DNA of 33,775 bases from an uncultured Candidatus Saccharibacteria bacterium (GTDB lineage: Bacteria > Patescibacteriota > Saccharimonadia > Saccharimonadales > Saccharimonadaceae), in assembly GCA_963456515.1 (NCBI GenBank), contig CAUOMC010000001.1:1-33775 (forward strand), read 5' to 3'. This document shows positions 19,198 to 27,554 of the stretch, one piece after another. Position numbers and translations under genes: made by a program. The notes under the pieces are model-generated. The model did not search any database, was not told the origin of the DNA, and saw only the letters and a list, made by a program, of their open reading frames with translations. Each line of letters starts with the position of its first letter. Within the stretch, counting starts at the first letter, position 1.

Positions 19198-20619
19198 CTA
19201 CCCCTTAGCAGCTGATCGCTTATCCGATTTGTCAGCACCCGAGGCTGTCTTGCCGGTCTTAGTGACTCTCTGATTCTTACCGCTGCCCTTAGTTCTGACT
19301 CGGTCTGACTTAACCAGCTTGCGCCTCTGCCAAGGCCAGACCACTCGACCGATCGTACCCACAGGCTGCTCCGGACTATCTAGGATTCGTCGGTACAGCA
19401 CATACATATACGCCGAGGCCCAAGTACAAGAAATAGCCGCCAGTAAACTAACCACCAGTTGAACCGCCGGAAATGTCTTGGGCTTCAGGATAGAATCAAG
19501 TAGTACCGTCGGAATCAAAACTAGCGCCCATAGAGCAAGCAATGGCAAGAACATCATTAGGATTCTAAACAAGATCTTGACCCGTCGCCCCGCCACCTGA
19601 ATGCTAGTCTCGTAATAAGCCCGCATGGGGTAGAGCCCGGGGATGGTAACTGAAACCAGTGTTAGTAAGCTGGTGACCATCCAATAAATTGTTAGCACTA
19701 ATACCGCCAAGATCACACACCACGCCGCCATATTCTCGATGGCGACACCTTGGTTGATATAGCCCGCTCCCGTGATGGCGGAATACGAGATAAGGACTAG
19801 TGCCAACGGCAACAGCTGAACCAGCACTGCTACCAGCAGTACCATCATAGGCACCAGCGGTGTACCGGCACTATAAATAGCATCTCGCAAACAAAGCTGA
19901 TTGCCACTGTAGACTCGTCGAGCGATGAAGATAAGACTAAGCCAAGCTACCGCTACTATGATGAAAGTGGCTGCCTGACGATTGGCGTCCGTCACTGTCA
20001 GACTGGTGATGATTGCCTGGGTAACCAGCCCGGCCTGCTTTAGAAAGGGGTGCAGATCGACCTTTTCCATCGCTTCCCTAGTATCGACATAATTGCTGTG
20101 GGCATTACTCACCCCAACCACCGCTATGATCGCTAGCGTCATCAGTAGAGTGATCTTGAGATAGATCAGCCAGTTGTCCCGCACCATCCGCCAAACCTCG
20201 GTCACGAAGCGACCATAGCCGGAGATGTTGATCTGACGAACCGCCTGAGCGTGAGTGGTCAAGTAAAAGCTGCGGTGAGGCGAAACATGGCGATGATGCT
20301 CGGTCTTCCGGCAAGCCCAACGATAAACCGACCGAAAGAAACGACCTACGGCAAAGACCGGGCACAATAAGTAGTACAAAGGACGCACTCGGTGATATAG
20401 CCGAGACTCATCTCGTCGATCAAGCTTAGCCTCCTGGCGAGAGCGTGCTCGGTTGATTTTAGCCGCCAGTTTACGACGACGAGCCTCGCCCTTCTGACGC
20501 AAACGAGTCTCAGCCCGCACCAAATCTTCGTCAACTGTCAGCAACCGCTCTCTTAGCAGTTGCTCCCGATGGCTAATCCGATAGCCTCTATCTTCTCCGT
20601 CCGATTTACGTCCCGCCAT
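19198..20619 (-). CDS. Hypothetical multi-pass membrane protein with basic N- and C-terminal tails
   Basis: About 6-7 TM segments; tightly coupled between htpX and ligA. Confidence 0.8.
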   Translation of the reverse strand: MAGRKSDGEDRGYRISHREQLLRERLLTVDEDLVRAETRLRQKGEARRRKLAAKINRARSRQEAKLDRRDESRLYHRVRPLYYLLCPVFAVGRFFRSVYRWACRKTEHHRHVSPHRSFYLTTHAQAVRQINISGYGRFVTEVWRMVRDNWLIYLKITLLMTLAIIAVVGVSNAHSNYVDTREAMEKVDLHPFLKQAGLVTQAIITSLTVTDANRQAATFIIVAVAWLSLIFIARRVYSGNQLCLRDAIYSAGTPLVPMMVLLVAVLVQLLPLALVLISYSAITGAGYINQGVAIENMAAWCVILAVLVLTIYWMVTSLLTLVSVTIPGLYPMRAYYETSIQVAGRRVKILFRILMMFLPLLALWALVLIPTVLLDSILKPKTFPAVQLVVSLLAAISCTWASAYMYVLYRRILDSPEQPVGTIGRVVWPWQRRKLVKSDRVRTKGSGKNQRVTKTGKTASGADKSDKRSAAKG

Positions 20620-20620
20620 A

Positions 20621-21502
20621 CTACATCTGCCCCCCTATCTTTTTCAGGCGGGCAATGCGATCATTGATTGACGGGTGTGTGCTGAATAGTCTGTTTAAGA
20701 GGCCCTTTTTTAATGGGTTGACGATATACATATGTGCAGTGGCGGTATTTTGACGCTGCAACGGCCTGGCAGATCGATCCAGCTTCTGCAGCGCCATGAT
20801 CAACCCCTCGGGGTCTCTAGTCAGCAAAGCTGCCGAGGAGTCAGCCAGATATTCTCGCTGTCTCGATACAGCCAGTTGGATCATAGCCGCAATTATCGGC
20901 GACAAGATCGCCACTATGATCATCACGATGTAAATATATGGACTACCGGAGTCGTCATCATCACTGCGACCGGCTCCAAAGGCAGTCCTAAGTAAAATAT
21001 CTGAGATTAGCCCAATCGCACTAACTAGACCGAAGACAATCATGCTGACTCTAATATCATAATTAGCGATATGCGACATCTCATGAGCAATCACACCGGT
21101 CAGTTCTCTCTTGTCTAATTCCTTCAGCAAACCGGATGTCACTACGACATAAGAATGCTCCGGCGTTCGCCCGGTCGCAAAGGCGTTAGGCGAGGCATCT
21201 TGGATGACAAACACCCTAGGCATCGGCTGTCCGGAAGCAATCGCCAGATTCTCTACGACGTTCCAGAGATCGGGGTTGTCAGACTTCTTGATCTCTTTAG
21301 CACCACTGGCTGCTACAGCCAAGCGACTCGCCACAAAATACTCGATTACGGCATACACCAGAGCGATACCGATAATCCAGAAGGCAATGTTTTGATCCTT
21401 TCCCAGATAGCCAACTAACGCTCCGATGCCACCAATGAGCAAGAGAAACACCGCCATGATAATGACAGTGTTTCTCTTGTTGGCCCGAATAGCACTATAC
21501 AT
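20621..21502 (-). CDS. htpX: M48 zinc metalloprotease HtpX
   Basis: PNAFATG, HEMSH, SRQREYLAD, LFSTHP. Confidence 0.95.
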   Translation of the reverse strand: MYSAIRANKRNTVIIMAVFLLLIGGIGALVGYLGKDQNIAFWIIGIALVYAVIEYFVASRLAVAASGAKEIKKSDNPDLWNVVENLAIASGQPMPRVFVIQDASPNAFATGRTPEHSYVVVTSGLLKELDKRELTGVIAHEMSHIANYDIRVSMIVFGLVSAIGLISDILLRTAFGAGRSDDDDSGSPYIYIVMIIVAILSPIIAAMIQLAVSRQREYLADSSAALLTRDPEGLIMALQKLDRSARPLQRQNTATAHMYIVNPLKKGLLNRLFSTHPSINDRIARLKKIGGQM

Positions 21503-21523
21503 CTATACCGGCTAACCCTTAGA

Positions 21524-22090
21524 CTAAAGCTTAACCTCCGGGGCTTTTTCAATCGCAGCTCGGTCTTCTACCTCGAAAAACTCTCGAGTATGAAAGCCGA
21601 AAATACCGGCAAAGATGTTGTCCGGGAAGGTCTTGACCTTGATATTCAGCTCACGCACTCCGCCATTGTAGAAGCGACGGGCCGACTGAATCTTGTCCTC
21701 AGTATCGACTAGCTCTCCCTGTAGATCACGGAAGTTGTCAGAAGCCTGTAGCTGCGGGTAGGCCTCGGCTACAGCAAAGAGCGACTTCAGTGTATGCTCC
21801 AGCTCGCCCTCCGCCTTAGCAGCGGCAGCCGGCCCTTGCTTAGCCGCCGACATCACTGATGCCCTAGCCTGCGACACCGCCTCGAAGACGCCCGACTCAT
21901 GCTTGGCATAGCCCTTGACCACCTCAACTAGATTCGGGATCAGGTCTGAGCGTCGCTTCAGCTGGACGGTAATGTCGCTCCATGCCTCATCAACTCTGGT
22001 ACTTAGCTTGACTAGTCCATTATAAATTGCCACAGCAACTAGAATGAGCAGTACAACGATACCGATGATCACCCAAACGAACGTTGGCAT
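21524..22090 (-). CDS. lemA: LemA family protein
   Basis: YNGLV...QLKRRSDLIPNLV...EAYPQL...ARRFYN; upstream AGGAGG. Confidence 0.95.
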   Translation of the reverse strand: MPTFVWVIIGIVVLLILVAVAIYNGLVKLSTRVDEAWSDITVQLKRRSDLIPNLVEVVKGYAKHESGVFEAVSQARASVMSAAKQGPAAAAKAEGELEHTLKSLFAVAEAYPQLQASDNFRDLQGELVDTEDKIQSARRFYNGGVRELNIKVKTFPDNIFAGIFGFHTREFFEVEDRAAIEKAPEVKL

Positions 22091-22201
22091 AATTCTTTAT
22101 CCTCCTATGTTAGTAACACTTATAGTGTACTTGGTAGTGGCTATATTTTCAATAGCCACCGAGGTTGGACTGCCGTCTGCGACTAGTGTAAGCTAGGTCG
22201 T

Positions 22202-22708
22202 ATGACGACAATCTACACCACCGGTTATGATTCGTCGCTAGGGCTCATTCATCTAGCCGGCGACGAGCAAGGACTGATAGGACTATGGTTCAATGGGCAG
22301 AAATACGATCAGGACTTACCACCCGGTTTCGTCCTGACGGCAAACGACCGACCGGAAGCATTTCGACAGGCCAATCGCTGGCTAGATATATATTTCAGTG
22401 GTCGTGAACCGGGCTTCACACCGACACTGAGCATGATAGGTACAGATTTTCAGCTAGAGGTCTGGCGAGCATTGCTTGACATTCCCTACGGTCAACTCGT
22501 CAGCTACCGAGAGATAGCCTGCCAAGTCGGCAACCCCGGCGCTCTACGAGCCACCGCTCACGCCATTAGCCGTAACCGCATATCTATTATCATTCCCTGT
22601 CACCGGGTCATCAGCAGTAACCACAAGCTAACCGGCTACGCCGGCGGCATAGAGAGAAAAAGAGCGCTCCTACGGCTAGAACGCTCGTTAGATCTTATTG
22701 ACGATTGA
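22202..22708 (+). CDS. ogt: Methylated-DNA--protein-cysteine methyltransferase
   Basis: GTDFQ..VW..L..IPYG, IIPCHRV active site, GYAGG. Confidence 0.93.
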   Translation: MTTIYTTGYDSSLGLIHLAGDEQGLIGLWFNGQKYDQDLPPGFVLTANDRPEAFRQANRWLDIYFSGREPGFTPTLSMIGTDFQLEVWRALLDIPYGQLVSYREIACQVGNPGALRATAHAISRNRISIIIPCHRVISSNHKLTGYAGGIERKRALLRLERSLDLIDD

Positions 22709-22709
22709 T

Positions 22710-22796
22710 TGGTGGGCGAGGAGGGACTTGAACCCTCACGAGCTAAAGCTCACCAGATTTTGAGTCTAGCGCGTCTACCAATTCCGCCACTCGCCC
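22710..22796 (-). tRNA. tRNA-Leu(CAA)
   Basis: 87 nt, long variable arm, anticodon loop CT-CAA-AA, encoded CCA. Confidence 0.95.
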
Positions 22797-22801
22797 AAAC
22801 T

Positions 22802-22875
22802 TGGAGGCACCTGTGGGAGTTGCACCCACCTACACGGTTTTGCAGACCGTTGCGTAACTGCTCCGCCAAGGCGCC
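22802..22875 (-). tRNA. tRNA-Cys(GCA)
   Basis: 74 nt, anticodon loop CT-GCA-AA, U73, encoded CCA; atypical T-loop TGCAACT. Confidence 0.93.
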
Positions 22876-22888
22876 ATGCCGTGAAGCA

Positions 22889-22932
22889 ATTATATCACAA
22901 GTGTTGCATGCTGGAGACTCCTCCTATATAAT
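22889..22932. promoter_or_regulatory. Divergent tRNA promoters
   Basis: Minus strand TGA-TATAAT (22889-22897) for Cys-Leu; plus strand TTGCAT-17 nt-TATAAT (22904-22932) for Phe. Confidence 0.7.
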
Positions 22933-22947
22933 CTGAATAGATGTTGT

Positions 22948-23023
22948 GGCTCTTTAGCTCAGTTGGTAGAGCAGAGGCCTGAAGAGCCTTGTGTCCCCAG
23001 TTCAAGTCTGGGAGGAGCCACCA
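22948..23023 (+). tRNA. tRNA-Phe(GAA)
   Basis: 76 nt, anticodon loop CT-GAA-GA, GTTCAAGTC, encoded CCA. Confidence 0.95.
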
Positions 23024-23044
23024 TCAAGACAACTCACCTTCCTT

Positions 23045-23070
23045 GAGACCTCCGTTACGACGGAGGTTTT
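23045..23070 (+). terminator. Terminator after tRNA-Phe
   Basis: ACCTCCGT-TACG-ACGGAGGT followed by TTT. Confidence 0.8.
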
Positions 23071-23282
23071 GTCGTTTACTCCCAACCGGCCTATTAAGAC
23101 CCTGCATTCCAGTTCCTACATTTCAATCCAAAAGTTGACGACTGAGCAGTTTATTTGATAGCATATCTAGTGATCGTTATTCATACGATGGGTGTGTCTA
23201 GCTTTGATTGCTTGTATCTACATAGCAGCATACACCGACATAGCAGATACCATAGTTATTTGTAGCCTTTGCAGGCTAGTAT

Positions 23283-23359
23283 GCGGGTTTAGCTCAGTTG
23301 TTTAGAGCGCTTCCTTGCCAAGGAAGAGGTCGAGAGTTAGAGTCTCTTAACCCGCACCA
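23283..23359 (+). tRNA. tRNA-Gly(GCC)
   Basis: 77 nt, anticodon loop TT-GCC-AA, encoded CCA; atypical D-loop (GT for GG), T-loop TTAGAGT and A73. Confidence 0.92.
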
Positions 23360-23362
23360 TAA

Positions 23363-23467
23363 ATAGAACTTTTTCAGAGGTCGCTTTTGAGCGACTATTT
23401 CCATCTTAGTCCCGAATTGGTGGTATTTTACGCCAAAGCTCGAACCTATTTCGAGCGTAAAAGCTGA
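23363..23467 (+). pseudogene. Possible C-terminal remnant of a site-specific (serine) recombinase
   Basis: Frame without an ATG, IELFQ...SPELVVFYAKARTYFERKS*, directly after the tRNA 3' end; the ARTYF-like ending resembles CPR recombinase termini (from recall, unverified). Confidence 0.35.
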
Positions 23468-23480
23468 GCTGCGCAAGCTT

Positions 23481-23641
23481 AGCCCCGACGCCTGCGGGCG
23501 CACGCACCCGCTCGCCCTACCAGAAAGACCCTTTGAATTATCTTTTTGAAATTTCCCTCGCCGATCTTTTTATTTTTTAGTTGAAAAGGATGTTTTCTGG
23601 GTAGGGACAGTGACTGCCTGGGCATTAGAGGCGTTGGGGCT
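23481..23641 (+). ncRNA. Large multi-stem structured element (RNA candidate or mobile-element end)
   Basis: 13-bp closing stem 23481-93/23629-41, side hairpin GCGGG/CCCGC, long imperfect stem 23515-40/23578-606, with several G-U pairs on the + strand. Confidence 0.5.
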
Positions 23642-23694
23642 TCGCCAAGGCGACAGCCTGACATATCAATTCTGAAGAACGAGACTTGATTTTA

Positions 23695-24441
23695 TTACTT
23701 TATTCTATCCTCGCCAACCACTCTGCCGCCCCACTCGACAACTGCAAATCCTTTGCGCTCAAACGAATCAAGTTTCTGCGCCGGCAACACCACCGGTCTC
23801 CTGACTGGTTTAATATCCATCGCTACGCGCAGCAACGAGTCAGGAGCTGGACTTATCGTTAGCTTGTTTCGTGACTGTAATTCATCAGTTAAACGAAAAT
23901 GAATGACGCTCTGACCAATGTCTCGTAATACCGGTAGCCAATATATCATAAATTCATTTCGTTCCCGACTGTTCAGACCAATTTTTGTTAGTTGCTTTTC
24001 TAACACGTGCGCCGCCGTATCCTTGGTGACGTAAAAACCTGTCGAAAAATCATGAGGCGAAGTGTCTTTCCCTTCCCAATAAAGAGCGTAGTATTGTTTG
24101 CCTGAAGCGTCCGACAAATTGCCATCGGGCTGAGCAGTTACTCGCCAACCATCACCGTACAACGGATAAGTCGTAGTAAAGTTCTCTGGTTTTTGCAGCT
24201 GCACCGAGATACTCGTGGTAGCTGTGGGGTAAAGATAGATAATTGGTTTCCTCAGCTTCATGTGGCCGTCCAGTCCGGCGCACGATGAATCTGTGTCTGT
24301 GCCTGTGCTAGACGTATTAACGCCAGTAACTATCGCCCAAGTTGCCGCGGCAGTAATTCCACAAATTGACAAAGTGTACAGTGCCAAGAATAAAGCAACT
24401 ACCCACGGCTTAAATCGCCAGTAGGTTGTTTTGTTTCGCAT
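23695..24441 (-). CDS. Conserved hypothetical membrane-anchored protein (KPxIYLYP...VVEWGG family)
   Basis: TM anchor; RKPIIYLYP, YPLY.DGW.V.A.PDG, LYWEG, EFMIYWLP, P.PDSLLRV, GF.VVEWGG; upstream GAGGAGG. Confidence 0.85.
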   Translation of the reverse strand: MRNKTTYWRFKPWVVALFLALYTLSICGITAAATWAIVTGVNTSSTGTDTDSSCAGLDGHMKLRKPIIYLYPTATTSISVQLQKPENFTTTYPLYGDGWRVTAQPDGNLSDASGKQYYALYWEGKDTSPHDFSTGFYVTKDTAAHVLEKQLTKIGLNSRERNEFMIYWLPVLRDIGQSVIHFRLTDELQSRNKLTISPAPDSLLRVAMDIKPVRRPVVLPAQKLDSFERKGFAVVEWGGRVVGEDRIK

Positions 24442-24582
24442 AAGACCTCCTCTTGTTTATAGCTTCACCTCATTAATCAATATCTCGTGATTTAGGTTAA
24501 CCATTTTCATAGTTTAATTGTAACACAAGATTGAACTCGCAACCGGTCAATTTCGACAAACTCTCTGTTGTATAATGTAGTT

Positions 24583-25767
24583 ATGGAACAGCCAAATCGC
24601 CAGCCGCTCGCTGAACGAATGAGACCAAGCAGTCTAGACGAAGTAGTTGGCCAAGATGAGGCAATGGCTGTGCTACGCCCAATCGTCGAGCAAGGCGAGC
24701 CGGTATCGCTGATCTTCTGGGGACCGCCGGGAACAGGCAAAACCACCTTAGCACGAATCATTGCCGGTGAAGTGAAGGCTGATTTCATCGAGATATCAGC
24801 CGTCTCTGCTAAGAAAGCCGATATAGAGAAAGTAATTGAACGAGCTCACCAAAACTGGAACTTACAACTACACACCATCCTCTTTGTCGACGAGATCCAT
24901 CGTTTTAACAAGGCTCAGCAAGATGCATTCCTGCCTCATGTTGAAAGCGGACTAATCATGCTGATCGGCGCCACCACCGAGAATCCCTCATTCGAAGTAA
25001 TCCCGCCCCTCATCTCTCGCTCCCGAGTAGTCATCCTTAAGCAATTATCGACCGACCAGATCAAGCAAATCCTCAGTCGAGCCATCAAGTTGGAGAAACT
25101 AGAGCGCCGAATCTCCCCTGACGCTATTGACACCATCGCCAGCCTAGCTCACGGTGACGCTCGCTATGCTCTGGGTGCCCTGGAATTAGCCGAAAGCCTG
25201 GCACCTGGTAGGAAAAAGATTACCAGCCGGCTGGTCGAACAAGCACTGGGACAGCGTTTACCACGCTACGACAAGAAAGCGGATGGGCACTACGATATCG
25301 CCAGTGCTTTCATCAAGTCAATGCGCGGTAGTGATGAAACAGCTGCTCTATACTATTTAGCTCGGATGATCCAAGCCGGCGAGGATCCTAAGTTCATCGC
25401 CCGGCGGATGATCATCTTCGCCAGCGAAGATATCGGACTGGCCGGTAACGGTGCTCTAGGACTAGCCACAAACGCCTTTCTGGCTATTGAACGAGTCGGC
25501 TTACCTGAGGGAGGAATTATTCTGTCACACGTCGTTGTCGCCCTCTGTCGAGCCAAGAAATCCCGTGAATCATATGACGCTTGGCTGCAAGCCAGGCAGC
25601 TGGCTGAAGAGTTTCCCGACAGCCCCATACCGCTCTTCATTCGCAACGCCCCGACTAAGCTGATGCGCCACTTGGGGTATGGAGAGGGCTATCAATGGAA
25701 AGCCGGCTACCACCAGGCAGGTAGCTATTTGCCCGACGAAGTTCAGACGAAGTTCAGGCTAAGTTAG
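24583..25767 (+). CDS. rarA: Replication-associated recombination protein A (MgsA/RarA)
   Basis: PLAERMRP, GPPGTGKTT, DEIHRFNKAQQD, GATTENP, SAFIKSMRGSD; the ATG at 24583 lies 6 nt after TATAAT (the ORF track uses TTG 24568). Confidence 0.95.
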   Translation: MEQPNRQPLAERMRPSSLDEVVGQDEAMAVLRPIVEQGEPVSLIFWGPPGTGKTTLARIIAGEVKADFIEISAVSAKKADIEKVIERAHQNWNLQLHTILFVDEIHRFNKAQQDAFLPHVESGLIMLIGATTENPSFEVIPPLISRSRVVILKQLSTDQIKQILSRAIKLEKLERRISPDAIDTIASLAHGDARYALGALELAESLAPGRKKITSRLVEQALGQRLPRYDKKADGHYDIASAFIKSMRGSDETAALYYLARMIQAGEDPKFIARRMIIFASEDIGLAGNGALGLATNAFLAIERVGLPEGGIILSHVVVALCRAKKSRESYDAWLQARQLAEEFPDSPIPLFIRNAPTKLMRHLGYGEGYQWKAGYHQAGSYLPDEVQTKFRLS

Positions 25768-25838
25768 ATCAGGATCAAAGCCAAAGCAAATAATCAAGCC
25801 TGGCAGTTCAATGGTCGGCGGCTTATTTAGCTACCGAG

Positions 25839-27362
25839 TTATTTACGTTTAGCCAGCTTTAGCTGAGCCTGGTCGATAGTGCGTTGCGCCTTGCGCTCCT
25901 CGATAATCCTAGCCAACTCGACAGCCAGGGCGTCTTTTGTGGCGGCAAAGGTACTTTCACTCACCGACGACTTGAGTGCCCTTACGATTCGAGCCAAACG
26001 ACCCAGCTCGGTATTAGTATAGATACAACTGATCCAGCTGAGATTCGCCATCAGGTAGCGCAGTGTGTCAAGCTTGAGCCGGTCAGTTCGACTAATCTGG
26101 AACTGAAACCAGGGGAAGCCTCCACCAACACTATCTGTCGGATATTCCGCCACTAGCATATACTTAGTGACATAATTCTGAAAGAGCTCTTGGCTAGCCA
26201 GATCATTACCGCTGACAGATCCATCAGCGCTGACCAGCTGTAAGACCTCAGACACTTGAACCAGCTCATCAGCCTCGCTGAATAAATGTCGCAACTTCAC
26301 GTCGGTGGAAGCTCGGCAAAAACTAGCTACCGCCCGCACGTAGTTATCAGCCATTTTGACCGACGGCAGTTCGGCCAGACCATAAAGTAGCTTTTTACTC
26401 CTGACGGTTTCGCTATGCACTGCCTGGCAGAAATAATTTACCTGCTCCCTGCCGGACAACATTTCAGCTTGCTCCAGCTCAGCAATGTCACGAATCAGGA
26501 TCGGATACTTGCCGTCGCTGTCCGGCTCGTCAATGGCTCGCCTGGCCCGCAAGTGATCAGTTACCCGCTCAATCGTTGGCAAGCTAACGCCTAGCACCTT
26601 CTGCGCCAGCCGATCGGAAGCTTCACCCATCGCCAGGAAGACGTTCATCACGTCGACCGGCTGTACCTGCCCGGTACTTGCCACCTTTTTAGCCACTTCC
26701 TGCACTAGTAGCACCTTACGCACCAAGTCAGCCGACAGGTCAGACTTAGGAGCTTCCGGAGTCAATACTTTAATTATCGCCTCCAGAACCTCGTCGTTCC
26801 GACAGACAATCTTATATTTATCGCCATAGATTAGCTCGCCGTTCTTAGGCAGAAGGTTGGCATTATTCGCCAGATAAACTGTGATGTCACCCACCGTAAT
26901 GGATCGGAAATGGTCCCGATGATCATTGAGCAATTTACCGGCATGCTGCAGGTACTCTTCGTCCTGATCCGGGAAGATATTATGGTCATAGATCAAGACT
27001 TTGCCATCTTGCTTTACATATAGCCGTACATCAGTCAGCTTAGGCTTCCCCACCACCTCACCATAGACGATATCGCCGGCCTCAAATGGCAGACGAAACT
27101 CTACGCTCTCAGGCGCTACCGTCTCGATCGGTTGCTTGTTCTTGCGACCACGACCACGCTTCCTTGCTTTCTTCGTTGGCTGATCGTCAGCCGAAGACCG
27201 GCTCGCTTCCGGCTCACCATTCTGCGCCAGAATTTCCTTTTTAATCCTGATTAACTCCCTCAGGCCATCTAGGCCGGCGCCGACACCACCGACCTGGCCA
27301 CCGGCCGGTGTAGCAACGCCATTAGCTGGAGTTATCACCGGATCACCACTTACCTCACTCAT
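25839..27362 (-). CDS. Hypothetical protein (507 aa)
   Basis: Long ORF with its own promoter (TTGAAA-17 nt-TATGGT, 27374-27402); no family recognised. Confidence 0.75.
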   Translation of the reverse strand: MSEVSGDPVITPANGVATPAGGQVGGVGAGLDGLRELIRIKKEILAQNGEPEASRSSADDQPTKKARKRGRGRKNKQPIETVAPESVEFRLPFEAGDIVYGEVVGKPKLTDVRLYVKQDGKVLIYDHNIFPDQDEEYLQHAGKLLNDHRDHFRSITVGDITVYLANNANLLPKNGELIYGDKYKIVCRNDEVLEAIIKVLTPEAPKSDLSADLVRKVLLVQEVAKKVASTGQVQPVDVMNVFLAMGEASDRLAQKVLGVSLPTIERVTDHLRARRAIDEPDSDGKYPILIRDIAELEQAEMLSGREQVNYFCQAVHSETVRSKKLLYGLAELPSVKMADNYVRAVASFCRASTDVKLRHLFSEADELVQVSEVLQLVSADGSVSGNDLASQELFQNYVTKYMLVAEYPTDSVGGGFPWFQFQISRTDRLKLDTLRYLMANLSWISCIYTNTELGRLARIVRALKSSVSESTFAATKDALAVELARIIEERKAQRTIDQAQLKLAKRK

Positions 27363-27441
27363 AAACTAGCTTTACCATACCATATACTTGCCAGCGTTTC
27401 AACTAGCTTGCGTGATATCCCACCCCGGTGTAATAATATCT

Positions 27442-27528
27442 TGGTGCGCCCGAGAAGACTTGAACTTCCACGTCGTAACCGACACATGCACCTCAAGCAT
27501 GCCTGTCTACCAATTCCAGCACGAGCGC
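27442..27528 (-). tRNA. tRNA-Leu(GAG)
   Basis: 87 nt, long variable arm, anticodon loop TT-GAG-GT, encoded CCA. Confidence 0.95.
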
Positions 27529-27554
27529 TCACTGGTTATTATACCATCCACCCC

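Noticed and set aside
22709..23664. ORF-track entries 22709-22936, 23294-23503 and 23479-23664 (also 27408-27653)
   Set aside because: These are antisense translations of tRNA genes or of the structured element.
24490..24550. attR-like copy of the tRNA-Gly 3' end (TTAACC; AACTCGCAACC)
   Set aside because: The matches are too short and imperfect to distinguish from chance.
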